Source: Candidatus Moraniibacteriota bacterium (GTDB taxonomy: Bacteria; Patescibacteriota; Minisyncoccia; Moranbacterales; UBA2206). From it: a stretch of DNA of 64,000 nucleotides. Below, piece after piece: positions 20,316-28,872 of this stretch. Numbering within the stretch: position 1 is the stretch's first letter; each line of letters begins with the position of its first letter. The stretch covers positions 36,682 to 100,681 of the forward strand of contig JBAQNP010000039.1 of NCBI GenBank assembly GCA_049303905.1, read 5' to 3'. The position numbers and the translations under genes were made by a program. A model generated the notes under the pieces. It was not told the origin of the DNA. It made no database searches and saw only the letters and a program-made list of their open reading frames with translations.

Positions 20316-21302
20316 TTATAAATTGATAAAAGAAGTCATTGATTTCTGGCCTTTAATTTTGATTATCGCGTATTGTTTTTTAATATTAAGCGATGGCATG
20401 TCAATATAATCAATACCAGCGAAGGTCGAACTTTTAGCCGTATGTTTATGACCGCTCGCAATCAAAATCACTTTATCCTTGTATTTTGTAAGCAATTCTT
20501 CAATTTCAATACTGTTTAACAGGCCGTATAAAGGATGATGAATAAAAATTATGTTCTGATTATTTTCTTGGAGTTTTTCTTCTAACCATTTTTTTTCTTT
20601 TTCCGGAATAAATCCGGCGTAAGCTCCCGGTTTTTCTCTGTCTCTTTCAACATCTTCACCTGTAGGAAACCAATAATTGGCATCTAAGACTATAATTTGA
20701 TAATTTTTTGCCATGAAAGAATAGTAACTGTCAGAACCAATAAGTTTTTCATAATCCTTTTTGCGCAAACTAAACATTTCATGATTTCCCGCTACATGAT
20801 AGCGCGGCTCAAAACCCAATAGACTTTCATCAGCCCTTTTCCATTCAGCAATACCTTCCGCTATTGGCTGTTTGCCATTTCCATCAACATTCCTATTCTC
20901 AATAAAATCACCCAGCTCAATGATAAAATCCGGTTTTTCTGGATTAGCTTCTCCTTTTTCTTGTATATGCACTTCTTTGGCAAATTTCGCTATCATTGAA
21001 TAGATACTTCCTTCAGCATGAGAATCTGACATCACTCCAATGACAAGATCCGATCTTCTCTTTGTCATATTTTCACTAACAAAATTTTCATCTACTCCAC
21101 TTGAAATATCAATATTGTTTTGAAATTGATTTGGATAAGTTTTTTTCGAATTAAAACTAAAACTAAAAATTGCAACTACAAGAGCAATTGCAATAATAAG
21201 AATAAGTAATATTATCTTTGCTTTTTTTCTATTTTTTAAGATAAATTCTTTGAAATTTTTAATTTTCAGATTCTTAATTTTATCAATTATTTTTTTCTTC
21301 AT
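20316..21302 (-). CDS. membrane-anchored calcineurin-like metallophosphoesterase
   Basis: TM anchor; motifs MSDSHAEG, GDFIE, GNHEM, IHHP, GHKH all intact. Confidence 0.8.
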   Translation of the reverse strand: MKKKIIDKIKNLKIKNFKEFILKNRKKAKIILLILIIAIALVVAIFSFSFNSKKTYPNQFQNNIDISSGVDENFVSENMTKRRSDLVIGVMSDSHAEGSIYSMIAKFAKEVHIQEKGEANPEKPDFIIELGDFIENRNVDGNGKQPIAEGIAEWKRADESLLGFEPRYHVAGNHEMFSLRKKDYEKLIGSDSYYSFMAKNYQIIVLDANYWFPTGEDVERDREKPGAYAGFIPEKEKKWLEEKLQENNQNIIFIHHPLYGLLNSIEIEELLTKYKDKVILIASGHKHTAKSSTFAGIDYIDMPSLNIKKQYAIIKIKGQKSMTSFINL

Positions 21303-21332
21303 AAAAAATTTAATTACTAATTAGATATTCCA

Positions 21333-22304
21333 TCAATTATATAAATTTAAAAATTCCACCTCAGATACATTTCTTTTTACGCTAATTATCATATATTGTT
21401 TTTGATGATATAAGGAAGGAATATCGGCATAGTGACTTCCAGCAAAATTAAAAGTTCTAGCTCTATTTTTATGACCATTAGAAATCAAAATAATGCTTTC
21501 TTGGTATTTTTTTAGTAACTTTTCAATTTCGACACTGTTTGTCAAATTATATATTGGGTGATGGATGAAGATAATATTACGATTACTTTCCTTAAGTTTT
21601 CCCTCCAACCATGTTTTTTCTTTTGATGGGATATATCCAGTATAAGCCCCTGGTTTCTGTTTTTCTGGATCGACATCCCCCTCAGAACCTTGCCAATACA
21701 TCGCGTCTAAAACTATTATCTGATACCCTTTTACATTAAAGGAATAATATGAATCAAAACCAGTTAGATCTTTATAATCTTTTTTGTTGAGACTAAGCAT
21801 TTCATGATTACCAATCACATGATAACGAGGCTCATAAGCCAAAAGAGCATCGGCTTTTCTGAAATCTGCTACGCCGTCCTCTCTGGGTTGCCTCCCGCCT
21901 CCCGTTTTAGTTCTATTTTCGATAAAATCCCCCACTTCAATCACAAAATCAGGTCTTATCTCATGTTCTTGCAATTTTTTAGCAAAATCTCCAATTAACT
22001 TAAACCTGTCGTCAATAGCTTGAGAATCCGCCATAACGCCAATTACCAAATCTGGTGCTACCTTATAATAGTTCTCGCTCACAAATTCTTCATCTTTAAT
22101 ATCATCTTCATTTGCACCTTCGTTTTGAACCGCAGTATTCTGACAAATTTTTTCAATCGAAAAATTATAAAAGCTTTTCCCAAAAGAACTGAAACTAAAA
22201 ATTACAATAGCAATTATAACTAAAAAAACCAGCAATGTTATTTTTGCTTTCTTTTTGTCTTTCCAAAAAATATTTTTTATCTTATCCACTATCTTTTTTT
22301 TCAT
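21333..22304 (-). CDS. metallophosphoesterase paralog with substituted metal-ligand histidines (possibly inactive)
   Basis: Tandem paralog of 20316-21302. Motif I reads MADSQAID (His to Gln) and the last motif reads GHKNRA (His to Asn); GDFIE, GNHEM and IHHP are retained. Confidence 0.7.
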   Translation of the reverse strand: MKKKIVDKIKNIFWKDKKKAKITLLVFLVIIAIVIFSFSSFGKSFYNFSIEKICQNTAVQNEGANEDDIKDEEFVSENYYKVAPDLVIGVMADSQAIDDRFKLIGDFAKKLQEHEIRPDFVIEVGDFIENRTKTGGGRQPREDGVADFRKADALLAYEPRYHVIGNHEMLSLNKKDYKDLTGFDSYYSFNVKGYQIIVLDAMYWQGSEGDVDPEKQKPGAYTGYIPSKEKTWLEGKLKESNRNIIFIHHPIYNLTNSVEIEKLLKKYQESIILISNGHKNRARTFNFAGSHYADIPSLYHQKQYMIISVKRNVSEVEFLNLYN

Positions 22305-22322
22305 AAGAAAATTAATTTTTTA

Positions 22323-23660
22323 TTATTTATTAAACGGCCGGCCGATTGAGTGATATTCAAAACCAAGCTCTTGCATTTTTTTCGGGTCATAGAGAAGACG
22401 CCCATCAAAAATCAGTGGCTGTTTCAATCTTTTTTTCATTTCAGAAAAATCCGGGGTGCGAAAATCTTTCCATTCGGTGATGATGAGCAGGGCGTCAGTT
22501 CCGCTAAGCGCCTCGTATTTGTTCTCAAAATAACTAATGGCCGGATTATCGCCAAAATATTCCGGGGTTTTTGCCATCTTCATCGCTTCCGGATCATGGG
22601 CTTGAATTTTTGCACCTTTTTCAATTAATTTATTTATAATAGTAATGGCCGAAGATTCGCGCATATCATCTGTCCCAGCCTTAAACGCCAAACCCCAAAC
22701 GGAAAAAATCTTATCTGCCAAATTTTCTCCTAAATTTTCCAAAACCATATCAGCCAAAACATGTTTTTGTTTTTCATTAGTTTTTAAAGTTTGTAAAAAC
22801 ATCTCTGCTTCATAACCAAAATCTTTGGCAATCTTCACTAAAGCTTTCACGTCTTTCGGAAAACAACTTCCACCAAACCCAGGACCGGCATACATAAACG
22901 GCTCGCCAATTCTTGGATCAGCGCCAATAGCTTTTCTCACTAAATCAAAATCCGCCCCTACTCGCACACAAATGTTGGCTAATTCATTATTCACTGAAAT
23001 TTTCGCCGCTAAGAAACTATTGGCCGCATATTTGACTGTTTCTGCTGTTTTTGGATCCATGGCGTAAAAACGGCCCTCCCGACGCATAAAAGGCGCGTAC
23101 AGCTCTTCCATGGTTTTTAGCACCTTCTCATCATCTGCCCCCACTACAATGCGACTAGGCTCTAGAAAATCTTTCACCGCCGTTCCTTGTGCCAAAAACT
23201 CTGGATTACTCACTACATGAAAAGAAATATCTACTCCTCTTTTTTCTAGCTCTTCAGAAATAGTTTTTTTGACTAGCTCAGCCGTTCCTACAGGCACCGT
23301 TGATTTATCCACGATAATGAGTTCGTGTTCCATCATTTGCCCGATCGATCTTGCCACTGAAATTACATGACTAAGATCGGCGCTTCCATCTTCATTAGGT
23401 GGAGTGCCAACAGCAATAAAAACTATTCCGCTGGAATCCAACGCATCTTTCAAATCGGTGGTAAAATGCAAAGTTTCATTTTTCAAATTTCGCGCCACTA
23501 ATTCGTCCAATCCTTTTTCATGCAATGGAACTTTTCCACTCTTAAATTGTTCCACTTTTTCCAGATTATTATCCACACAAATCACGCTGTTGCCCATTTC
23601 AGCAAAACAAGCACCCGTGACTGATCCGACATATCCAGTTCCAATAATTGCTATCTTCAT
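22323..23660 (-). CDS. ugd: UDP-glucose 6-dehydrogenase (nucleotide-sugar dehydrogenase family)
   Basis: MKIAIIGTGYVGSVTGACFAEMGN...GGSCFPKDV...family signature. The start is taken at the internal Met (CAT at 23658-23660) because the upstream 10 codons of the track ORF are the heptad repeat element. Confidence 0.9.
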   Translation of the reverse strand: MKIAIIGTGYVGSVTGACFAEMGNSVICVDNNLEKVEQFKSGKVPLHEKGLDELVARNLKNETLHFTTDLKDALDSSGIVFIAVGTPPNEDGSADLSHVISVARSIGQMMEHELIIVDKSTVPVGTAELVKKTISEELEKRGVDISFHVVSNPEFLAQGTAVKDFLEPSRIVVGADDEKVLKTMEELYAPFMRREGRFYAMDPKTAETVKYAANSFLAAKISVNNELANICVRVGADFDLVRKAIGADPRIGEPFMYAGPGFGGSCFPKDVKALVKIAKDFGYEAEMFLQTLKTNEKQKHVLADMVLENLGENLADKIFSVWGLAFKAGTDDMRESSAITIINKLIEKGAKIQAHDPEAMKMAKTPEYFGDNPAISYFENKYEALSGTDALLIITEWKDFRTPDFSEMKKRLKQPLIFDGRLLYDPKKMQELGFEYHSIGRPFNK

Positions 23661-23690
23661 GACATTCATGAAACATGAAACATGTAGCAT
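23658..23690. repeat. Heptad CATGAAA element, copy 2 (opposite orientation to copies 1, 3 and 4)
   Basis: Plus strand reads CATGACATTCATGAAACATGAAACATGTAGCAT. It lies between the ugd start and the stop of the four-helix-bundle gene. Confidence 0.55.
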
Positions 23691-23700
23691 ACAACAATAA

Positions 23701-24069
23701 TTAGGATTTATCTTCTATTCCCTTAATTGTTGTCCACAACATCGCTCCAATTTCTTCAGCTAAATTAATTAATTTTTTATAATCTTCTTCCTTAATATAC
23801 CCTTCTCTTTCTGAAAAATATAATAAATATTTTGTTTCCTTTAGTGATCCATAAGACATCTGTAAAAAATATTTCAACTGATTATCCCCTAGTCTTGCAT
23901 AACCTTCGATATAATTCAACACTACCGATAAAGATGCTCTGCGTAATTGAGAAGTAATCCCGTAAATTTCTTCTTTTGGAAAAGTTTTCGTAACTCTGTA
24001 TGAGAGATAGGCAAACTCATCTAATTTCTTTTTTAATATTTTATGAAAAGTTTCCTTATCCTGTTTCAT
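23701..24069 (-). CDS. four-helix-bundle protein (23S rRNA intervening-sequence protein family, PF05635-like)
   Basis: 122 aa; SYRVTKTFPKEE...QLRRASLSVVLNYIEGYAR...fits the TIGR02436/PF05635 pattern. Confidence 0.7.
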   Translation of the reverse strand: MKQDKETFHKILKKKLDEFAYLSYRVTKTFPKEEIYGITSQLRRASLSVVLNYIEGYARLGDNQLKYFLQMSYGSLKETKYLLYFSEREGYIKEEDYKKLINLAEEIGAMLWTTIKGIEDKS

Positions 24070-24126
24070 GTTTTTGTATTTTGTATTTTGTCTTATGCTT
24101 CATGTTATATGTTTCATGCTTCATGA
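24064..24126. repeat. Heptad CATGAAA element, copy 3
   Basis: Minus strand reads TTCATGAAGCATGAAACATATAACATGAAGCATAAGACAAAATACAAAATACAAAAACATGAAA (7-nt period). It overlaps the last codons (HEA stop) of the GT2 gene and sits directly 5' of the four-helix-bundle gene ATG. Confidence 0.55.
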
Positions 24127-25049
24127 ATCTCCTTTATCGAGTAGTTCATTCTATTTTGGCTTTTGAAATAGTTCTTGATTAGGATATCTGCCAAAAGTCC
24201 GAAAATGAAAAGCTGGATGCCGATCATAATGAAAAAAACACCTATAAGTGGCCAGATTTTATCGGAAATCGATCCGCCCATGATTTTTTCCACCACCATC
24301 CAAATTAAAATTAAAAATCCCAAGAAAGACAAGAATATTCCTGATCCGCCAAAAAGATGCAGGGGTCGGTTGGCATATTTTCCCCAAAACCAAATGGACA
24401 CCATATCCACAAAACCTTTCATTCCGCGTTTCCAATTATATTTCGTCACTCCACTAGTACGCGGATGATGTGAAACCTTCACCTCTCCGACTTTATAGCC
24501 TTGAAGTTCCAAAAGCGCCGGAATGAAGCGATGCATCTCACCAAAAAGATCCACATCTTTGAAACATTCTCGTCTATAGGCCTTGAGTGAACAGCCGGAA
24601 TCATGAATTTTGTCATGAATCAGAATTTTTCGCAATAAATTAGCGGTGCGAGAAAATATTTTTTTGCTCAAAGAATCTTTTCTTTGCCATCTCCAGCCGG
24701 AAACTATATCATAGCCCTTTTCTATTTCCGCCAAAAGCAAAGGGATATCCGCCGGATCATTTTGCAGGTCCCCGTCCATCATCACAATAATCTCACCCAG
24801 TGAATTTTTCACACCAGCATCAAAAGCAGCGGTCTGTCCAAAATTTCTTCTAAATTTGATGAGTTTGAGTGGTGTGAGTCCTTGGCAATTCTCCACGGTC
24901 TTGTCGCGTGAACCATCATCGATAAAAATAATTTCAAAACTTTTCTCTAATTTTTCACAAGCTTCTTTGATTTTTCTATGAAGCTCGCGAACATTCCCCT
25001 CTTCATTGTACAGCGGAACCACCACTGAGATTTTTTTGTTTTCTTGCAT
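24114..25049 (-). CDS. GT2 family polyprenol-phosphate glycosyltransferase (GtrB/DPM1-like) with C-terminal TM helices
   Basis: ISVVVPLYNEEGN...IFIDDGSRDKT...MMDGDLQNDP; two C-terminal hydrophobic helices. Confidence 0.8.
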   Translation of the reverse strand: MQENKKISVVVPLYNEEGNVRELHRKIKEACEKLEKSFEIIFIDDGSRDKTVENCQGLTPLKLIKFRRNFGQTAAFDAGVKNSLGEIIVMMDGDLQNDPADIPLLLAEIEKGYDIVSGWRWQRKDSLSKKIFSRTANLLRKILIHDKIHDSGCSLKAYRRECFKDVDLFGEMHRFIPALLELQGYKVGEVKVSHHPRTSGVTKYNWKRGMKGFVDMVSIWFWGKYANRPLHLFGGSGIFLSFLGFLILIWMVVEKIMGGSISDKIWPLIGVFFIMIGIQLFIFGLLADILIKNYFKSQNRMNYSIKEIHEA

Positions 25050-25153
25050 AAAAATAAAATTAAGATATTACTTATCCTCTTATGATTCAATAATACTATA
25101 ACTTTCAAAAAACGGCAATTTATCAAAATTTGCTTTTATGATATACTAAAAAA

Positions 25154-25831
25154 ATGAAAATATATATCGTTATTCCTGCTTTCAATGAAGGGAATATAAT
25201 CCAAGAGGTCATTAGAGAAATTCAAAAAGCCGGCTATGAAAAAATAGTCGTGGTTGATGATGGCAGTAGTGATGATACCTTTTCCAAGGCTCAAGAACTT
25301 TTGCCAAATACAGTTTTTCGTCATCGTCTAAATCGCGGAAAAGGCGCCGCTACTAAAACCGGCATCGAAGCGGCCAAAATTCTGGACGCTGATATTATCG
25401 TCACGCTTGACGGCGATGGCCAGCATGATCCATCTGACATTGTCAAATTGACCGCTCCGATTGAATTTGATAATTTTGATGTAGTACTCGGAACAAGACT
25501 CCTAAATCCAGAAGGTATGCCGAAACACAAAATCCTGGCTAATAAAATTGGAAATTTTTTCACTTGGTATTTCTATGGTCTTTGGGTAACCGATTCTCAG
25601 TCGGGCTTTCGCGCCTATTCAAAACGCGCCTCTGAAATAATCGACACGAAATCTGATCGTTATGAATATGAATCTGAAGTAATTCGTGAAATAAAAAAAC
25701 ATAAACTAAAATACATCGAAGTTCCCATCACTGTGCGCTACACCGAATATTCAATGGGCAAAGTCCAAAAACAAAGTTTCCTAAACGGCCTCAAAACATT
25801 ATATAAAATGGTTTGGAATATAATAAGTTAA
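25154..25831 (+). CDS. GT2 family glycosyltransferase, soluble DPM1-like (225 aa)
   Basis: MKIYIVIPAFNEGNII...VVVDDGSSDDT...LDGDGQHDP. Confidence 0.8.
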   Translation: MKIYIVIPAFNEGNIIQEVIREIQKAGYEKIVVVDDGSSDDTFSKAQELLPNTVFRHRLNRGKGAATKTGIEAAKILDADIIVTLDGDGQHDPSDIVKLTAPIEFDNFDVVLGTRLLNPEGMPKHKILANKIGNFFTWYFYGLWVTDSQSGFRAYSKRASEIIDTKSDRYEYESEVIREIKKHKLKYIEVPITVRYTEYSMGKVQKQSFLNGLKTLYKMVWNIIS

Positions 25832-25839
25832 ACTAATCG

Positions 25840-25872
25840 CAATTTTCAACTTTCAATTATCAATTTTCAACC
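25840..25872. repeat. Direct repeats (CAATTTTCAAC x2) forming the left arm of inverted repeats flanking the second four-helix-bundle gene
   Basis: AATTTTCAACC at 25862-25872 is the exact reverse complement of GGTTGAAAATT at 26383-26393. A second unit TCAACTTTCAA is mirrored by TTGAAAGTTGA at 26370-26380. Confidence 0.5.
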
Positions 25873-25902
25873 AATAATCAATTTTAAAATTATAATTTAT
25901 CC

Positions 25903-26271
25903 ATGAGCAATCAACGAGAGTATAATCTAGAAGAAAGATTGGCAGTTTTCGCTGAAAAAGTTATCGACCTCATGAAAAAACTTCCTAATAATCCCATAAA
26001 CCTCCGCATGATTCCTCAAGAAACAGCAGCAGCCGGTTCATCAGGTGCGAATTATTGCGAAGCGACGGAAGCTGAAAGCAAGAAAGATTTTATTCATAAA
26101 ATTGGGATTGTAAAAAAAGAATTAAAAGAAAGTAAACACTGGCTAAGACTATTAGCTCGAGCAAATCCAGAATTTGCAGAAGAATTCAGAGAATTATGGA
26201 AAGAAAATCAAGAATTAATTCTAATATTTTCTAAAACCCTGAAAACTTGCAGGGAAGGAAAAGAAAAATAA
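25903..26271 (+). CDS. four-helix-bundle protein (PF05635-like), second copy
   Basis: 122 aa; GANYCEATEAESKKDFIHKIGIVKKELKESKHWLRLL, typical of the family. Confidence 0.7.
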   Translation: MSNQREYNLEERLAVFAEKVIDLMKKLPNNPINLRMIPQETAAAGSSGANYCEATEAESKKDFIHKIGIVKKELKESKHWLRLLARANPEFAEEFRELWKENQELILIFSKTLKTCREGKEK

Positions 26272-26366
26272 AAGTTTCAATATTCAACCGAACAATGATC
26301 AATTAATTTTCAAGTAAAAAAACTTTCAATGATCATTGAGAATTTAAAAATTAAAAATTAATTGAA

Positions 26367-26395
26367 CGGTTGAAAGTTGAGCGGTTGAAAATTAG
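26367..26395. repeat. Right arm of inverted repeats flanking the four-helix-bundle gene; also part of a local long hairpin (26284-26375)
   Basis: CGGTTGAAAGTTGAGCGGTTGAAAATTAG. Additionally, TTCAACCGAAC (26284-26294) against GAACGGTTGAA (26365-26375) forms an 11-bp inverted repeat. Confidence 0.5.
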
Positions 26396-26430
26396 CAATC
26401 TCATTATAATAATTTAATTAAAAAAACCAT

Positions 26431-26775
26431 ATGCCTTCTATTCATCTCTACCAAATCGCCGTTATTATCGTTTCTTCCTTGATGATCTATCAAGGACTGG
26501 ATCGATATTTCAAAAAACAAAAAAATCAGTCTTTTTTGAAACTTCTCATTCGCCTGATTGTTTGGGGCGGAATGATTGCAATTGTCGTCTATCCTAAGAT
26601 AAGCATGAGCCTAGCAGAACTCATTGGCATCGAAGGCAACATCAACGCTGTGATTTTAGTCGGCTTTATCCTGATTTTCCTAATAATTTTCAAACTTTTA
26701 AATGCCATAGAAAAACTAGAACAGCAAATGACGGAACTAACTAGAAAAGATAGTTTAGAAGAGATTAAAAAGTAG
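26431..26775 (+). CDS. small 4-TM membrane protein, DUF2304-like (GT2-associated)
   Basis: 114 aa, 3-4 hydrophobic helices and a charged C-terminal tail, positioned between two GT2 genes; the family call is from memory, not from a search. Confidence 0.35.
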   Translation: MPSIHLYQIAVIIVSSLMIYQGLDRYFKKQKNQSFLKLLIRLIVWGGMIAIVVYPKISMSLAELIGIEGNINAVILVGFILIFLIIFKLLNAIEKLEQQMTELTRKDSLEEIKK

Positions 26776-26809
26776 AGAAGTTTTTAAAGTTATAAAGTTT
26801 TTAAAGTTC

Positions 26810-27580
26810 ATGAAAATATCAATAATTACTCCCAGCTTCAACCAAGCGCAATTTATTGAGCGGACAATTAAAAGTGTGTTGGAGCAAAATTATCCGGATT
26901 TGGAATATATTGTGATGGATGGCGGATCAACTGACGGCACTGTGGAAATTCTCAAAAAATATTCTGATCGCATTATTTGGAAATCAGAAAAAGACCGAGG
27001 ACAATCCGATGCGATAAACAAGGGTTTGAAAATTGCCACTGGTGACATTGTCGCCTATCTAAATTCAGATGATACTTATGAACCGAAAGCTCTGCAAAAA
27101 GTGGCCGATTATTTTTCGCGCAATCCAAACTCAAAATGGGCATACGGAAAATGCAAAATTATCAATGCTAATGATCAAGAAATTAGAAAACCTATCACTT
27201 GGTATAAAAATTTTCTGTTAAAAAAATATAGCTATTCTAAACTACTCTGCGAAAACTTCATCTCCCAGCCTGCGGTCTTCTGGAAGCGCGAAATTCATTC
27301 TGAGTTGGGTTTTTTCAATGAAAGCGAGCACTTTTGTATGGACTATGAATTTTGGCTTAGGATCGGCCGAAAATATCCTGCCGGAGTCATTAATGACTAT
27401 CTCGCAAATTTCAGGTATTATTCAAACAGTAAGTCTGGCAGTGTCAACAAAAAACAATTTCAAGATGAACTCAGATTGGCCAAAAAATTCGGCGCTGGTT
27501 ATCCCCTCTTAATTTTTTTGCATAAAATTAATTATTATAAAATAACAGGAATATATCGAATCTTGAATTTATTTCAATAG
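26810..27580 (+). CDS. GT2 family glycosyltransferase
   Basis: ISIITPSFNQAQFIERTIKSVLEQNYPDLEYIVMDGGSTDGT...GQSDAINKG...LNSDD. Confidence 0.8.
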   Translation: MKISIITPSFNQAQFIERTIKSVLEQNYPDLEYIVMDGGSTDGTVEILKKYSDRIIWKSEKDRGQSDAINKGLKIATGDIVAYLNSDDTYEPKALQKVADYFSRNPNSKWAYGKCKIINANDQEIRKPITWYKNFLLKKYSYSKLLCENFISQPAVFWKREIHSELGFFNESEHFCMDYEFWLRIGRKYPAGVINDYLANFRYYSNSKSGSVNKKQFQDELRLAKKFGAGYPLLIFLHKINYYKITGIYRILNLFQ

Positions 27581-27588
27581 TTATCTTA

Positions 27589-28713
27589 TTAGGCTATAAA
27601 ATCCAAGTAGTTTTCCTTAGTTATCACTTCAAAAGAAGCGGTCGGATAATTTTCCTTCCATTGAGATGGAGCTTTAGTATTTTTATCGGAATATTTTATT
27701 TCATATCCAAAAAGTTTTCCTTCTCTTTCTTCGACAATATCAACCTCTTGTTGTTGCCAGGTTCTCCAGAAATAAACATTAGCGGATATATCCTCATAGG
27801 AGCGTTTTTTCAATCGCTCCATAAAAACAAAATTTTCCCAAAGAGCGCCAATGTCATTTCTAAGTGGCAACTCATTAAAATTCGCGATGATGGCATTACG
27901 GATACCATTATCATAAAAATAATATTTGCTTTTCTGTGTTATCTCATCGCGCAAATTTCCACTATATCCACGCACATTCAAAAGAACAAATGATTTTTCA
28001 AAAAGATCAAGATAGCGCGCCACGGTTTTCGTGTTAATGCCAACCTTTTGCGCAAGTTCCGACAGTGAAACTTCATTTCCAATTTGGAAAGCAAGTAGAC
28101 GCAAAAGATCTAGAAGAATTTTTGAACTTTTTACTTTTTCTAATTCCAAAATATCTTTGAGTAAATAAGAATGAGCTATTTCTTCAGCCATTTTACGCTT
28201 AAGATCGTTGGTTGCCCTAGTCATTACCTTAGGATAATTTCCATAAATCAATTGTTGTTCCAATTTTTCCTTTAGATCGAAATTATTCAAGGTTTTTTTG
28301 AGCTCAAGTTGAGAAATTGGAAAAAGTGAAAGAGTTTGTTTTCTGCCTGTGAGGGGTTCGCCTATTTGACCGGCTAGTTCGAAAGATGAAGATCCAGTAG
28401 CGATAAGGCGGATACCAGGAATATTATCCACAATTATTTTAAGCACCATACCTATATTAGGAATGCGCTGAGCTTCATCGAAAGCGATAACATCATAACC
28501 CTTAGCAAATTCTTTTATTGTTTCAAAATCAGCCGATCCCAATTCTTGAATGCGAGTATTATCTCCATTTTCATAACGCCATTTCAGTTGAGTGCGAGCT
28601 AGAAAATTTTTCACTAAAGTCGTTTTTCCTACTTGGCGAGGACCATAGATAACTAATACTTGATTGGGTTCAAGCATTTTTTCGATTTCATCATAGATTC
28701 TTGCGATTTTCAT
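27589..28713 (-). CDS. AAA family ATPase (AAA_14 + DUF4143-type)
   Basis: VIYGPRQVGKTTL Walker A and VIAFDEAQRIP Walker B; the C-terminal region is typical of the DUF4143 ATPase family. Confidence 0.7.
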   Translation of the reverse strand: MKIARIYDEIEKMLEPNQVLVIYGPRQVGKTTLVKNFLARTQLKWRYENGDNTRIQELGSADFETIKEFAKGYDVIAFDEAQRIPNIGMVLKIIVDNIPGIRLIATGSSSFELAGQIGEPLTGRKQTLSLFPISQLELKKTLNNFDLKEKLEQQLIYGNYPKVMTRATNDLKRKMAEEIAHSYLLKDILELEKVKSSKILLDLLRLLAFQIGNEVSLSELAQKVGINTKTVARYLDLFEKSFVLLNVRGYSGNLRDEITQKSKYYFYDNGIRNAIIANFNELPLRNDIGALWENFVFMERLKKRSYEDISANVYFWRTWQQQEVDIVEEREGKLFGYEIKYSDKNTKAPSQWKENYPTASFEVITKENYLDFIA

Positions 28714-28872
28714 ATATTTTTACTATTAGATATTTTATGGCTAAATATTAGCATAATACTCAAAATTTGTCAATTATGGGTAGTCCCGATACCCAAAATA
28801 GTTATTCTTTGGGTATTCATAGTACAATTATTAGTTTGCCATTTGATTTTAGCTTTGCTATTATGAATTACA

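Noticed and set aside
22330-22345. GC-rich palindrome CGGCCGGCCG near the ugd 3' end
   Set aside because: Lies within the ugd coding sequence (encodes ...IGRPFNK) and is a short self-complementary run; no independent significance.
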